Part shown: in pieces, positions 23,985 to 37,218 of the stretch
Numbering within the stretch: the stretch's first letter is position 1
Layout of the letters: each line of letters opens with the position of its first letter
Assembly: GCA_964016885.1 (NCBI GenBank)
Contig: OZ024746.1
Coordinates: 82,274,001-82,338,000, forward strand
Source of the DNA: Eledone cirrhosa
Lineage: Eukaryota
Length of the DNA: 64,000 bases
Direction of reading: 5' to 3'
Notes under the pieces: model-generated
What the model saw: the letters and a program-made list of their open reading frames with translations, nothing else
Databases searched by the model: none
What the model was told of the DNA's origin: nothing
Program-made: the position numbers and the translations under genes

Positions 23985-24250
23985 AAAACACATTCGCTTC
24001 GGTCACAAACCCTGGTACCACGGCCCGTTATGCAGAGGACAGGAAGATAAGCACACATCCGGCCGTTTCCTCTTTGCACCGGTTGCCGTCAAGACCTCAG
24101 GCGTCCTCGGACCCTGTACAGCTGACTTCCTCCGTAAAATCAGAATGACAGCAACCCGTCTAGGAAGGAGTCTTGGGGGATGGATTGCTGTTGTAGAGGT
24201 TGTCGCTGGCCATTGTTGTCATTTTTTTCCACGAGGCGCAGCCAAAACAG
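23985..24250 (+). mobile_element. C-terminal restriction-like endonuclease fragment of a CRE-like non-LTR retrotransposon
   Basis: ARYAEDRK, FLFAPVAVKTSGVLGPCTADFLRKI and RLSLAI motifs. Confidence 0.7.
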
Positions 24251-24862
24251 CACTCGCACTTAAGTGTAGAATCTGTCAACCTCTCCCCCTTTCTTACGTT
24301 GCTTAATAATCCTTGCCCTTTCTCTCTCTTTTGTTTTTTTTTAACTACTGTCAACATTGGACTATTTTCTTTTTCATTATGTATGCGTCATGGCGTATTA
24401 TAATAGCAAACTAACTGGCCCCGTGCCATAAAAAATGACGGCTAATTGTAATTTAGATATAAAAACTGTAAAAAACTTTTTAGTTTAATAATTCCTATCT
24501 AATATTTACTCATCATCTTCATCATAATTATTATTTGGCAGTATCGGTAGAGGGTCGGATATGCTTTCCAGCATAGTTACGTCCCTTTATGATCTGAGTT
24601 CAAATCCCTCTAAGGGGTCGATAAAATAAAGTACCAGTAATGTACTGGATAATTGCTGGCCTTGTTCCAAAAGTAGAAACAATTATTATTAAACAACTGT
24701 CTTCTTTGCTAGCAAGGATTTAGTCATTATCATCAAATATATTGTCCATGCAAACATAAGTTGGAAATACATCAATTTCATTATCAATACACATATTTAT
24801 CCCTTTAGCATTTACATTACTCTATATATACTATTGAAGTCATTGCAGCATTAGATATAGTT

Positions 24863-25424
24863 ATGTATGAGTCATATATCCTAATGGAAGACTTCAATGC
24901 ACATGTAAGCACTGACCACCTGACATGGAAAGGAGTGATTGGAAGGAATGGTGATATGAAGCAGCCTTATTTAGACTTCTGTTCCAGCAATGAACTCTCT
25001 TTTGTGAACACCTTCCAGCACAGAGATATCCATAAATATACCTGGTATAAGGGAAATCAGGGACAGATCAATAATTGGTTTTGTTATTGTCTTTGATTCT
25101 GTGCTGGATGTCCATGTGAAGTGAGGGACTGAGCTGTCAACTAATCAGCATCTAGTTATCTGCAACTTGAGACTACCGAAAGCCAAAGAAGCCCACAAAA
25201 CTGGCAGGTCCAGGTTAACCTACAGGATAAAGTGGGAAGTGTTAGCAAAACTAACCGGCAGGAGACCCAAGAGTAAACACAGAGCAAGATGGTTCGATAA
25301 TATCCATGAGCTCGGCTGGTCTCACTTGGGGATCCAGCTGGATCTGTTGGAAATGGATGCTTCTAACAGGACCCACTGGAAGGAGTGTTTGAGGACTCTT
25401 CCCCCACAACCCTCTCAGAAATAA
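24863..25424 (+). mobile_element. Internally deleted RTE-type LINE (endonuclease joined to the 3' end); second 3'-end copy at ~11220-11400
   Basis: ILMEDFNAHV..WKGVIGRNG and NTF.HRDIHKYTW, followed directly by GRRPKSKHRARWFDNI. Confidence 0.78.
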
Positions 25425-25482
25425 GTGAGCAAAGAAGAAATAATATCTCATCTGAAAAGATTTTTTTTTCTTTATCTTAAAG

Positions 25483-25581
25483 GCTTACCTTGAGTTTTTT
25501 ACTTCAAGAGAAAATGTTGAAATTTTGAAGAAAATTTTACCAAACTATCCTCAAGTTAATTACCATATTGTGAATAGTCAG
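25483..25581 (+). CDS. MTHFR: MTHFR coding exon 7 (AYLEFFTSRENVEILKKILPNYPQVNYHIVNSQ)
   Basis: Not in the ORF track. AYLEFF motif, polypyrimidine acceptor, donor GTAAGT, 99 nt. Confidence 0.95.
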
Positions 25582-26773
25582 GTAAGTTTTAAATTCATTA
25601 ATTAATTTTTCAAAACAATTGAGAGGAAATATCTTCAGAGTAGTTAATATTTTCATCAATTTAACTAATAAAGTAAATGTTCTACTAACATTTATAATAG
25701 AGCAGATCATAAATTATGAATATGTAAATATGGACCCATAATTCTTGATTGACTCGTAGGGGTGCCATAGTGACATAGTGTGTCTTGGGCATTTTAAACC
25801 TAGCAGAGCCTATCCCTTCTCCAGATCTGAACACAGCTGATTTCTTCCAGAGGAGAAAAACAGTGATCATCAGGAAGGGAGAAAGAGATATAGAGGAAGA
25901 ATCAATCCAGTGTTAGACTCATACTTTATTGACCTTTAAAAGATGAAAAGCAAAGTTGATCTCAGCAGGTTTTAAATTCAGAGCATAGAAAGCCAACACA
26001 ACTATTGCAAAGAATTCTATCCACCTATAAATTGTGAATAATTATAATGTAAATATCTCTTAGATCTTGTAGAATTTTTTAAAAGACTGAATATGTCTGG
26101 TGTTATAATATCAAGTTAATGAAAGGAAAACATTTTTTTAAACACCTCCAGATTACTAGTGTGCCTATTCCTGGCACCTAATTCAACTGAAGTATGTAGA
26201 ATTTAGGGCCCAAATATATAACTTTTAACTTCAAATCCACTTCAGGTATTTTATGAACTATTATTCTAGCACTATACTAAAAACTCCATTTCACTTTTAT
26301 GAAAACTTATAGCTCTGGTTCTATGAACAAAATTACTCGTTTTAAAGAGTTCCAATTGAAATGAACATCTAACGTAATATCATATAAGGACCATTTGTTA
26401 CAAATACTATCTTAATGATAAAATAATAATTTTAGTAAATGCTGCCAATTTTTTAATTAATTGAAATGCAGTGTATGTCATTAGAAATATGGTAATGAAA
26501 GGTTTAACACATTGTAAAATTAATGCTTACAAATGATCTGATTAAGTAAAATTTAGAATCCAGGGGAACTGGTGTTGCAGCCAAAGTAACAATATGTTCC
26601 CTCTCCTTCTTACTCACATTCAGATGAAGGACAGGGACCTGAAATATTACATTCTTTACTCCTCATTGCAACTGAAAATATTGACCTCTTCAATTACCTT
26701 ATTGAACATCACCTACATTTAACATGTTTTCCCTGTCATTCATAATTTATCAACTAATTTGTTTATGTCTTAG

Positions 26774-26896
26774 GGTGACATGGATTATACCAACTGTGAT
26801 GAAACCCAACCAATAGCTGTTACATGGGGAGTGTTTCCAGGAATGGAGATAATCCAACCCACCGTTGTTGATCCTATTGCTTTTAAAATTTGGAAA
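26774..26896 (+). CDS. MTHFR: MTHFR coding exon 8 (GDMDYTNC...[27 protein letters not shown])
   Basis: Not in the ORF track. [16 protein letters not shown] motif, donor GTAAGT, 123 nt. Confidence 0.96.
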
Positions 26897-28256
26897 GTAA
26901 GTTTAACAATTTTTTTAATAATTTGCTAATGAACCAGTACTCTGAAATTGTTTGATCAGCACCTGTTGTTATATTTATCCTGCTGAGTTATAAGTGAAAT
27001 TTATAGTAGTTTGTACATTAGTGGATATGAATATGGCAATTTGGTGTGTATCCGTTTAGAAAGGTAGACTGTATCCTTGCTTGTTATGGTGTAAAGAAAG
27101 GCATCCAGCTGTAAAAACCATTGCCTTAAAAATTCCTGTCCAACCCATGCCAGCATAGAAAAGTGGATATAAAAATGTGGGTATCTAATAATATCCATTC
27201 TATAATCACCTTTAGTTTATCTCCTTCGTGACAGTCATCATCATTATTGATTTTTCTTTTAATGTTCATTATTCCATTCTGGCATGTGTTTGAGACATCT
27301 GCAGTATTGAATTTTTGTTGTTTTTTTCCAGTTCTGTGAGATTCAACATCTTTCTTTAGATGTCTTCCTTCGACTTTTTCTGTTATCAGTACCTTCCTCA
27401 TTCACCCTACAATACTTCTTTTACCCACCAAGTGTTGTCCATTTGAATCCCATATCCAAGCTGATCTTGCAACTTACTTATACTCTGTCTTTCAGGCATA
27501 TTAATATTACACATCCAACTGATCAAAATCAAATCATTCTCAAATACTCACAGATTTATTTAATAAACTGACAAATAAAATGCACCCAGTCCATGCTTTG
27601 AAATGGTATTGCTGCTGCCACAATAAAAAGCAACCCATCCACTCTGTAAGGATGTAATGTTGGAGTCTCTCAGTACATGCTGTAAAGTGATTAGCATTAG
27701 GAAGGGTTTCCAATCATAGGAACCAAGCCAACATTGGAGCATGAGCAAGACATAGTCACCTGACCAGTCTAGCTTCGATATGTGACAACCTATTTAATGC
27801 ATGCAAGCATGGAAAATAGATGTTAAATAGTATACCTTTGGAATCGTTTACCATATCTTCTTTCTGATATCAGACTGAATTTTTGCAAATTAGAGCACTT
27901 AACGTATTGTTAGAAGGGTAGATTATATGACACCTGTGTATTTTACACAGCTGAAGAATTCTCCCAACCCTTTATTTGGTATAAAACAAAACGACCATGT
28001 CCAAGTCTGAAAAACATCTATAAAGATATCATAAAGTGATCACATATGCATATGTCATCACAATATTCATGCATTCCAAATGAATATCTAAACAAAATTG
28101 TAACAAATTTTTGAATATTTAATTTTTTGATTGCTACAAATTTTTTTTCTTTTTATAGAAATAACATCTTCTAAAGGAAACATTATTTTTTTTACTATAG
28201 CCTTTTGTTGAATCACTATTTAAAATGATTTAAATTTTTTTTTTTTTTCTTTTCAG

Positions 28257-28454
28257 GAAGAAGCATTCAGTTTGTGGAAAACCAACTGGGGTGATTTATA
28301 TAACCCTAATTCAAAGTCCTATGAACTTATAAACTATTTCTATGAGAACTATCAACTTGTTAATTTAGTAGATAACAATTTTGTTCAACCTACTTGTCTT
28401 TGGGAGATTACAACAAATATGTTATCAGGTGAAATAGGGCAAACTGAAGATTAA
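28257..28454 (+). CDS. MTHFR: MTHFR last coding exon (EEAFSLW...LVNLVDN...QTED*)
   Basis: Long T-tract acceptor, EAF.LW and LVNLVDN motifs, TAA stop. Summed CDS is 1899 nt (632 aa). Confidence 0.95.
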   Translation, partial: EEAFSLWKTNWGDLYNPNSKSYELINYFYENYQLVNLVDNNFVQPTCLWEITTNMLSGEIGQTED

Positions 28455-28573
28455 AACCACAATTCAGACAAGCTACTGTTTGAAGTACTTATAATTCTTT
28501 AAGTAGAAACAAAAAAATAATCTGGACTATTTTGAGTGGGTACAGTTTTATACACGCTCACACACAGAGTTCC

Positions 28574-28641
28574 CCAAAGTCACTAGTCTATTTCAAATTA
28601 TAATATATATAAAATTGTCTGGTGACTTTTGGACAACCGTG
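28574..28641. mobile_element. Tiny Tc1/mariner-like foldback in the probable MTHFR 3' UTR
   Basis: CAGAGTTCCCCAAAGTCAC...GTGACTTTTGGACAACCGTG imperfect TIRs, flanked by (CA)n/(TG)n. Confidence 0.5.
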
Positions 28642-28764
28642 TGTGTGTGTGTGTATCATCATCATTTCCATTTTTCCACGCTTGCATGGGTTAGACGCGC
28701 CGTCCATGCCGAGAGGCAAGTCTGGTCAGTGTTGGCCATGTGTCGCACCTTGCTCCAGCAAGAA

Positions 28765-28805
<41 letters not shown>

Positions 28806-28936
28806 CACACACATGAGCACAGCTCCTAACCAGCAAAAAGAATAGTTGTCACATTAAAGAACACCGAAAACAAATTTATATACTCACTGGTGAAAACCGC
28901 ACAATTCCTCGCATAACTGCTCAAACTACATCACAT

Positions 28937-29039
28937 AATAAAAATGAATGAGATGTAGTATAACTGACAGAAAATAGTGCATGAAACACTAAAGAAAATT
29001 AAAAACACCTTGAATGGCTTGCAAATGGTATTGAATAAA
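28937..29039 (+). terminator. Candidate MTHFR polyadenylation signals (AATAAA at 28937 and 29034)
   Basis: AATAAA hexamers 0.5-0.6 kb downstream of the stop. Chance matches are likely in this AT-rich background. Confidence 0.3.
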
Positions 29040-29642
29040 TGGTTTCCAGAGACTTCATTAAAAATATCAGGCCAAATATAACAGACCAATTTACAAATAA
29101 TCTAACCACATTTTATTAAAAATCTATTCATTGAAAATTTTTGTTATATTTTTATGTACCTTAACTTCTGCAAGTTTTTGTTTTCTTTGACTGTGATAAG
29201 GTGGAGAACTACAGACCACAAAATTGAGATAATAAACTTTACAATTACCAATACTTTGTACCTTTCTTTTTACCATTTAATCAAAGAGGGAAAGACTGTG
29301 CTCATGACACTATATTTTTCCAGGGCCTCAGACTAATGGGAAGAGGAATAAATTTATCCTCAAACTGGAGAGTTGAATTCTTGCAACAGATTGAACTTCA
29401 CTAAAGGCACCCAAGGATGAGGTGGTGGTCTTAAATGGTTTAATTTTACTCAGAACACAAGCTGGGAGAACTATTACAATGCATCTCATCTAGTGCTCTA
29501 ACAACAATTCTACCAATCTAGTGCTATATTTTATCAACCCTCAAAAAGGATGAAAGACAAAATTTACCTCAACGAGATTTGAACTCAAGAGTGCAGTGAA
29601 TCAGAACAAATACTAGAAGGTAATTTGTCCTACACTCTAACA

Positions 29643-29921
29643 TAGTGGTTCTTAACCTGAGGTGCAAGCAGACATCTAGAAAAATTTTTTTTTTCAGTTT
29701 TCTTTGCATCATTCAGTGTTTCATAGCTTTCTGTTTGTTTCAACATAGTATTTATTTAATTAAATCATAGTAGTTAATTAATTAAATAGAAGCAGCTAAG
29801 TAGCTGATAATTTAACCTCAAAATTCAACTTCATTTTGACTTATATGCTAGGCCTAGGGGTGCAGGATGGAATTTCAAAATCTCAAGGTGTACCGTGATA
29901 GAAAATAATTAAGAACCACTG
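29643..29921. mobile_element. hAT/Charlie-type MITE inserted in a SINE; similar element at ~57698-57844
   Basis: TAGTGGTTCTTAA...TTAAGAACCACTG TIRs, 8-bp TSD CTCTAACA/CACTAACA. Confidence 0.75.
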
Positions 29922-32652
29922 CACTAACAACTCTCTCATTTTCCCTGTATTCAGAGTAAACAACTTTGCTTGTCTGACCAATAAACAGATTCGACTCAAA
30001 TCTTAGTACAACTAACCAATCAAAGTTGATCTAGTTGCCTTTCTATCACTTTAGAAATTATTCTACATAGTCTTGTATAGAAAATATCTATTTTCTAGGC
30101 CGGAATTAATTGAAAAAATAATTAAAATGTTACAAGATAAAGATTAATGACAAGTATAGTTTGATGAGGTAAAAAGATTTGACAGAATTGAGTAAGAGAT
30201 CCAATAGATAAAAAAGATAAAGACAGTGTAATGTCAAACAAGACACTTCAGTCTAGATGATCATGTGACCTCTCGTGCTGGTGACATGATAAAACACATA
30301 GTCATCATCATCACTCAAAGAGCTACTACAGAGATAAGCTCCTTGAATTCTGGTGTGATGATAAAAAGTCTACCCTGTAAAGTGGTAGGGCTGATGCCAC
30401 AAAAAAAAATGCACCTGGTAAGGTGGTTGGTGTTAGGAAGGGCATAGAAACCAAGCCTAAAATGGAACGTACAAGTATTGTGATCACTTAGCATGACCGA
30501 AGGGTCTTCCCAACGCTTTGTTTGACAAGCTTTCTATGATATCTGGAGGTTGAACAGCAGCTAAGGAAGGAAAAACAGGAGGGAGGCTGGATGGAGTGGG
30601 GGTGAGTAATGAGAATAGCTAGTAGGAGGGGCATGAGAGGAGTAACAATTAGGGTGCAGGTATCGAAGGGCCTTTGAGGGGGCAGTGGCTAAGGGTTGAA
30701 AATATTTTTGAGGGGCAACAGTTAAGGTGTAAATATTGGAGGAGACATGAGTGGGGTGGTGTAGTGACAGTGAGTGCTAATGGAAGTGTGCGTGTGTGTG
30801 TGGGGGGGGGGGGTAAATCAAGCCACATTGTATGCTGTAGGCCGGGTCTTCCTCAGTACAGCATTGTGCCAACCCTCGTGGTCCTTTGGCCTTTTGTGAG
30901 GTTTAGTTTTTTTAAGGTCAGATTTCACAACCTCATCCTATGTCTTCCTGGGTCTGCCTCTTCCACGAGTCCTAGCCACTGGGGGTTTTTCTGTACTGTC
31001 TTTATTATGGCTATATTGATACATCCTAAGTGTGGTCACATTGTTATGGTTATACTGATTTTAAGATGTTCCTATTTAAAAGTTAGCCAGTACTTTGGGA
31101 ACTTATTCCATTTAATATGATTTTTTTTAAATCTCTCACTTCCCATTTTAAAAACAATCTTTCAATTTTTGTTTTGAACATCAAAATTGCAAAATTGCAA
31201 AACAAATTTTTTTTTTCTTTTAAATCAGAAACTGATACAAGTTAGATTTACAGTTGCAGTACTTTGTTTTTTGTATATAAATATATTTCATTTGCATTTT
31301 TATCCTTAATATGTTGAAACAACAGCATTTAAAATTTGCAGAAAGTGAAACAATCAATGCTTTCAAATATATTTATACACTTAAATGGAAATGAAATATA
31401 TTTATATACAAAAAGGTGCTGCAAGTATTGACCCCATAACCCAAATCAGTTTCTGACTTGGAAAAAAAGAATTTTAAAATTATTATTATTTTCTGTTTGC
31501 ATATGTTGGATGATTCCTTTTCAGCACAGCATCTCTCCACTCGCTGTTTCGTCTACTCTGGGAGTCTCAGCGATTTGAGATCAGCTCTCACCACCTCTTC
31601 CCAAGTCTACCTCTACTGAGGCTTCTCTGACACTTCTTCACTTAGCAATCATCATCCATGCATATCACATGCCCATACCAACGGTTTTCTCTCTTGCACA
31701 CCACTTTGGATTCCTCTTAAACCCAGTTTCTCTGTCAGTTCATCCTTTCTCTCACATTGCACATCCAACAAAGCATGGTGGCTTCATTTCTCTCCAGTCT
31801 ATACATGTCCTCTGTAGTCAATGCTCAGATTTCACTACCATGCAGCATCACAGTCCGCATAGTCGTCCTTTTGTATGCAGGAAGAATTTTTTTTTTTTTT
31901 CGCAAATTCTGAAAACCACATTAAAAAAATTAAGGAGCAGAGGATTAAGAATCCATACTAAAACAATTGTACTCAACTTTGTAGTAATTCCCCCTGCTAC
32001 ATACACACTCCATTTTTTTTTTTTTGTTTCATTACTATATCAACTTAATTACCAAACTAGTTTAAAAATTGGCTTTTGCTAAGAGAAAATACATTGACTT
32101 TTTAAATGAAAGAAACAGAAACACAAAAATAAGCAGTAATGGATATTGTGTTAATCATTTTAATAACTAATAGTCCATTTAAATCGTCTTCTAGCACCAC
32201 TTAAACATTTTGAATACATGAATCTGAGAACACTGTTAAAAAACATGTTACTCAACTGAATGTTATTTCTGCTTGGAAGTGGCTGAGGAAAAACTGGATT
32301 GATGATTAACTATGGCTATCCAGTCTATATTTATTTTGAGTACATTATCTGAAGATTTAGGACATCATCATCATCATTTTACGTCCGCTTTTCCCTGCTT
32401 TTCCCTAATTTTTAAGCGAGTTAAGTTTTGGGGGATTTGGCATTGGGTAAGGTCTTGAATCTATTTCAATCCTTTCAATGATTATCAGAGCCAGTCAATA
32501 ATGTAACATGATGTCATGAAGAATGCATTTCTTGATTAAAAAAAAAACTCAACACCATTCTATCAAAGGAACAAATCCTACATATTCAAAATTGAAGTAG
32601 GATTTATTACACACATAAAAAAAACACACTCCAAAACGACTTTTGACTACAT

Positions 32653-32901
32653 CTAAACCTCTTTGGACCTTGAGTGAAATGTCCATTTTTGGCGACTTCG
32701 ATAGCCATCAACTGTTGAACGTTCTCGAGCTTTAAAACTACTCTGTGGTCGTCGTCCTCTTACTATTGTTTGCACAATGAAGTCTTCCAGAAGTACATCA
32801 CTAATAAGACCACCAGTCCTCAAGGAAAGTTCAATGGTTTCTAGATTTTGTTTAAATATTAAATCCGGATGAGATTCAGTAGCAGATTTTATTAAATTTA
32901 A
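32653..32901 (-). CDS. PTCD2: PTCD2 last exon (LNLIKSATESHPDL...LRTGGLISDVLLEDF...RSKEV*)
   Basis: Acceptor ctcttttcag, 83 codons to TAG, Arg-rich tail. AATAAA on the - strand at 32608-32603. Summed CDS is 1194 nt (397 aa). Confidence 0.88.
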   Translation of the reverse strand, partial: LNLIKSATESHPDLIFKQNLETIELSLRTGGLISDVLLEDFIVQTIVRGRRPQSSFKARERSTVDGYRSRQKWTFHSRSKEV

Positions 32902-33314
32902 CTGAAAAGAGAAAACAATTTACATAGGTGACATAAAAAAAAAGAAAAAAATAGTATATATATTCTAAAGATTTAGTTATGCAGGCTTTTTTTTTAAGCT
33001 ATCATTTATATTAAACATCACATCGCCCGGTCTGTTTTCTTTTATTCTCCCTTCTTAACTTTTCTATGCCTCAGTGTCCCTAATTGTCTGCACGTTATTA
33101 TTTTCTTCTGTTTTGTGTAATTTGCCTAAAGGCATAACTTGTCTCTATCTGTTTTGTTCTGCCCCAATGTGCACTGGAATGAATGGTATAAACATTAATG
33201 CACCAAAACCATAGTGATTCCCAGAGATTGACTGAGATGGGACTGTATTGTCTTTCCATTGTCTTTGTCCTGTGCATCCCCTATTTGGAATATATATATA
33301 TATATACACACACT

Positions 33315-33578
33315 CAGTGGAACCTCAGCTCATGAACAAATTGGTTCATGAACAGTGTCTTGAATAACAAACAGACAAACTGACAACACTGGTTGGGGAC
33401 AAGCTGAAAGTATCGGCAGGAAAGTGTCACTTGCTGTGTAGTTAGTTACTAGGGTGATATCTATCTGTCTTTCATACAGTCTCTCTCAACATTTTATATG
33501 GGAAAAATAGCTTCTGTTTACAAACATTTCTAGTGACAAACGACCTTCAGGAACAAATTAAGTTCATGAACCAGAAGG
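33315..33578. mobile_element. pogo/Tigger-like MITE remnant
   Basis: CAGTGGAACCTC left end and repeated TTCATGAAC subterminal motifs. The right end is decayed. Confidence 0.5.
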
Positions 33579-33812
33579 CAGGCAATGTTGTACAATTAAA
33601 GGGAGATAAATCCTAGCAGTCAAATTAATGCCATCATATTTAATGAATTCATCATCATCACCATCGACGTATTTCATCTACTTTTCATGCGGGTATGGTC
33701 TGGAGGAAACTTTTTAAGGTCATATTCTATAGCTAAATGCCTTTTCTGGACGTAACTGTTACTTACTATAAGTTATATATTTCACTGATCTTCACCGACA
33801 GACAGTGTAAAG

Positions 33813-33976
33813 CAGCCATGGGCAAACTGCAGTGCATGAGCCACATGCAGCTTGTTTAGACTTCTGAATGGCACACCTAATTTCAAAATAAGCTTAAATT
33901 TTTTAGTAGTGTGGCCCACCTTATAATGAACCACATCTTATGTGGCCCACTGCACGAAAAAGGCTGCACATACCTG
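33813..33976. mobile_element. hAT/Charlie-type MITE
   Basis: CAG...CTG termini with an 8-bp TSD GTGTAAAG/GTGTAAAT. Confidence 0.75.
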
Positions 33977-34394
33977 GTGTAAATCATAAATAAACGCAAC
34001 AAGTTATTTTTAAGCAGTGCCCACTTGAGACGTACAGGGACAAAAATCTCCCCATCACACGCACACATCATCACCGTTTCATGCTCATTTACAACTAGCA
34101 TGGGTTAGACGAATTGTTCTGTTGACAAGACAGTTCAAATGAACGTGTCTTGTTCATACAGAACTGTTTCTGGCTTGGTTTTTATAGCTAGATGCTCTTC
34201 CTAACACCTACCTCATTTATAGTGTGAACTGGGTACTTTTTGCTATAGTGCCAAACCAATAACTTTGTGTGGACTGGATGCTTTATGTCATGCCACCAAC
34301 ACAACCACTGCACAGTGTGGACTGGGCACTTTTTGTCGTGTCACTAAGACTACCACTTTAAAGGGTGCCTTCTGTCATGCCACAAATACGACCA

Positions 34395-35010
34395 CTCTTT
34401 AAATGTCTAGAGGGCTCAGTAAAGGTAGTTGATGGTTTCTGTTACCTGGGTGACCAAATTAGCAGAGGAGGTGGTTGTTCTGAAAATACAGTAGCCAGAA
34501 TGAGACTGGGATGGAGAAAGTTCAGGGAGCTACTACCGCTGCTAACTACAAAAGGTTTTTCTGTCAAAATGAAAGATTGTATGATGTGCGTATATGAACA
34601 GCAATGCTGCATGGTAGTGAGTCCTGGGTGCTGTGTGCAGAGGACTTCATCCCCTGAAGCATGCAAGCTTCATTTCTTTTCAATCTTTGTAGGTTCTCTG
34701 CATACAGCACCCAGCACCTTTGGAAAGAAATCAAGCTTGCATGCAAAGTGTAAATGAACTGAGAGAGGAACTGGACATAAGACATCAGATACAGAGTGCA
34801 AGAGAGGAGATTGCGGTGGACGGACATGTGATGCGTATGAAGGATGATAGCTGTATAAAAGGTGCAGGGTGTTCAAAGTTGATGGAGGCTATGAAAGTTT
34901 GGGATGAGGTGATAAAAACTGACCTCACAAAATTACCTCTCAAAGGCGATATCACAGGATTTTGATCTCTGGAGTTATGCAGTATTGTAGAAGACCCACC
35001 TTCCCATGTA
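34395..35010 (+). mobile_element. RTE LINE 3' remnant; related pieces at 13670-13870, 36070-36240, 41760-41970 and 54855-55140
   Basis: VVDGFCYLGDQISRGGGCSE..ARMRLGWRKFRELLPLL motif. Confidence 0.85.
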
Positions 35011-35499
35011 CATGGGATGAAGCAACATCTAGTGGTCTCTACTAGGTACTACCTGCCCCTCCTTCCATACTCCTACCATGTCTTAACACTCCACCCATCA
35101 CCAACCTACCTCTCTAATCCCCACCCTACATACACATTTTCCCCTCTTTCAACATCTGATGCACCTCTCTTGATCAACCCATATCACATAGTTGCAAAGC
35201 AAAATTCTTAACAACACAGCCATACCTGTGCCTTAGTGAAGAAAAAAAATGAGTTAATATTACTTATGCAGTGTGGAGAAGAAAACATTATCCAACAAAC
35301 ATCTTTACTTTAATCTGAATGTAGCAAAGTGACAACTTCAGTGTTATTAAACCTCCTCAGCAAATCCTAGCATTCTTTGTACATGAAAGTAAGCATCAAA
35401 TATTATAATGACTCCACTGAAATAGATAAACTATTGGAACCATCTAAGAATGGCATGAAATGTAGAACAGAGAATGAAAATCAAGAAGATATAACTTAC

Positions 35500-35613
35500 T
35501 ACTTCAGGAAATACTTTCATCTGACGATTTTTGTAAGGAGAATCATACTGAAGAATGCTTCGTAATATCGGAAAAGCATCTTCAATTCGGTTAAGTTTAG
35601 CATAACACATAGC
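35500..35613 (-). CDS. PTCD2: PTCD2 exon 8 (AMCYAKLNRIEDAFPILRSILQYDSPYKNRQMKVFPEV)
   Basis: Acceptor ttgcag, donor GTAAGT, 114 nt, VF.EV motif. Confidence 0.9.
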
Positions 35614-36978
35614 CTGCAAGATATTTAAAATAAATAATTCATCATAATTTTCAACCAATATTGCTGTCTTTCTTCTATTTTCTTGGTTCATTATTCATCA
35701 TCATCCTCATAATTTAGCACCAGACTTCTCTTCTAGTAAGAGTTGCATTGTACTTCAGACAAGATTAGTGCTCAAGTAGAGCCACTAATTTCTCAGATGA
35801 GCTGAGATGGGGTGAGGGGGCTACATCTCGCGTACATATATATTCCAGCACTCTACCAAGTGCATTTTATTGTGGCACCAGCACTTGGAAGGTTGTCACA
35901 TCTTTGACACAGCTGAAGGGTCCTCTCGACCCTTTGTTTGGCAAGTTTGCTATGGCTGGACACCCTTCCTATCACCAACTACTTTACAGAATGTATTCAA
36001 TATCAATAAATTCAATATAAATTGTTAAACAATATTTTGGGGGGCTTGGTGTAATTTCTTTTTCTCTAGCCAGAGGTGGAACAGAAAATAAAACATTTGC
36101 ATGTCTTTTATCGTGGGGACCAAAAGGATGTGGTGTTCTGGATTGCCAGACAATGTGTTAGGAAAAATCAAGATATTGTTGGAAAAAATTGTATTCAGAG
36201 TGACGGGGGCAAACTTGCCCGCCCCAACACTGAAAAGAAGAAGCTTCGAAGTGCCATTATGACAGACTGTCAAATGAAGACAATGCATGGGAGGAGAAGG
36301 AAGAGCTACACCAAGTAAATCTAGCTGAAGGACTGGCCAACCAGGTTAGCAGCAGTGTGGTAGGTAAGGTAATCAACAATATGAAGACTCTCCCCAACTA
36401 CCAAATTTATCAGAGGTTGCTCCCAACTCCTCCTGGCTCATACCACAATACCGTAAAATGTCACTCACCCTAAAGCCAGTCCTCCCTCCATAAGTTAGTA
36501 ACAGGCAACCCAAACTCCACTCTCATTGTTCCTATCACTATCACTGTCCTCCCAGCCTGGCTAAGGATACAAGCACCCTAGTCTTGAAATGTGGTAGAAC
36601 TGGTTCCACAATAAAGTGCACTCCACCCACACTGGAATATGGTAGTGCCAGTATCATGATAAAATGCACCCAGCCCACACTGTAAAGTGGCAGGGCTAGT
36701 ACCACGAAACAAATCACCCATTCTACCTTCTCAGTTGGTAGTGGTGGTGCCATAAGAAAATGAACCTGGTACACACCGTGAAGTGGTTGTCATTAGGAAA
36801 GGCATCCAGTTGTAGAAACCATGCCCAAATCGAATGTATGAGGAAGACTCAGTCGTCTGACCAGTTTACCTCGTCTCAGAACATGACAATCAATCTAACG
36901 CCTACAAGGATGGAAAATAGGTGTAAAACATTGATATTAATGAGAAGTAATTTGCACTATAATGAAGAAAATAGTAAC

Positions 36979-37053
36979 CTTGAGGTTTTTCAGAACAAAC
37001 CGGTAAGAGTCATCTCTTAATGATATCATCTCTAATGCAATGGCTGGCTGTTC
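36979..37053 (-). CDS. PTCD2: PTCD2 exon 7 (EQPAIALEMISLRDDSYRFVLKNLK)
   Basis: Acceptor ctctacag, 75 nt, phase 0-0. Fills the expected A..I....NL segment. Confidence 0.85.
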
Positions 37054-37170
37054 CTGTAGAGATAGAAAAGAAAATAATGCTTGTTACAAATAGAACACAG
37101 TAGAAAGTTAAATGTAAGAAAACAAACTGGTACTATTCTTCATTATAGATTATTACTATATATATATATA

Positions 37171-37218
<48 letters not shown>

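Noticed and set aside
30674-32082. ORFs of 148 and 137 aa between MTHFR and PTCD2
   Set aside because: They run through antisense LINE/SINE remnants and homopolymer tracts, with no splice or motif support.
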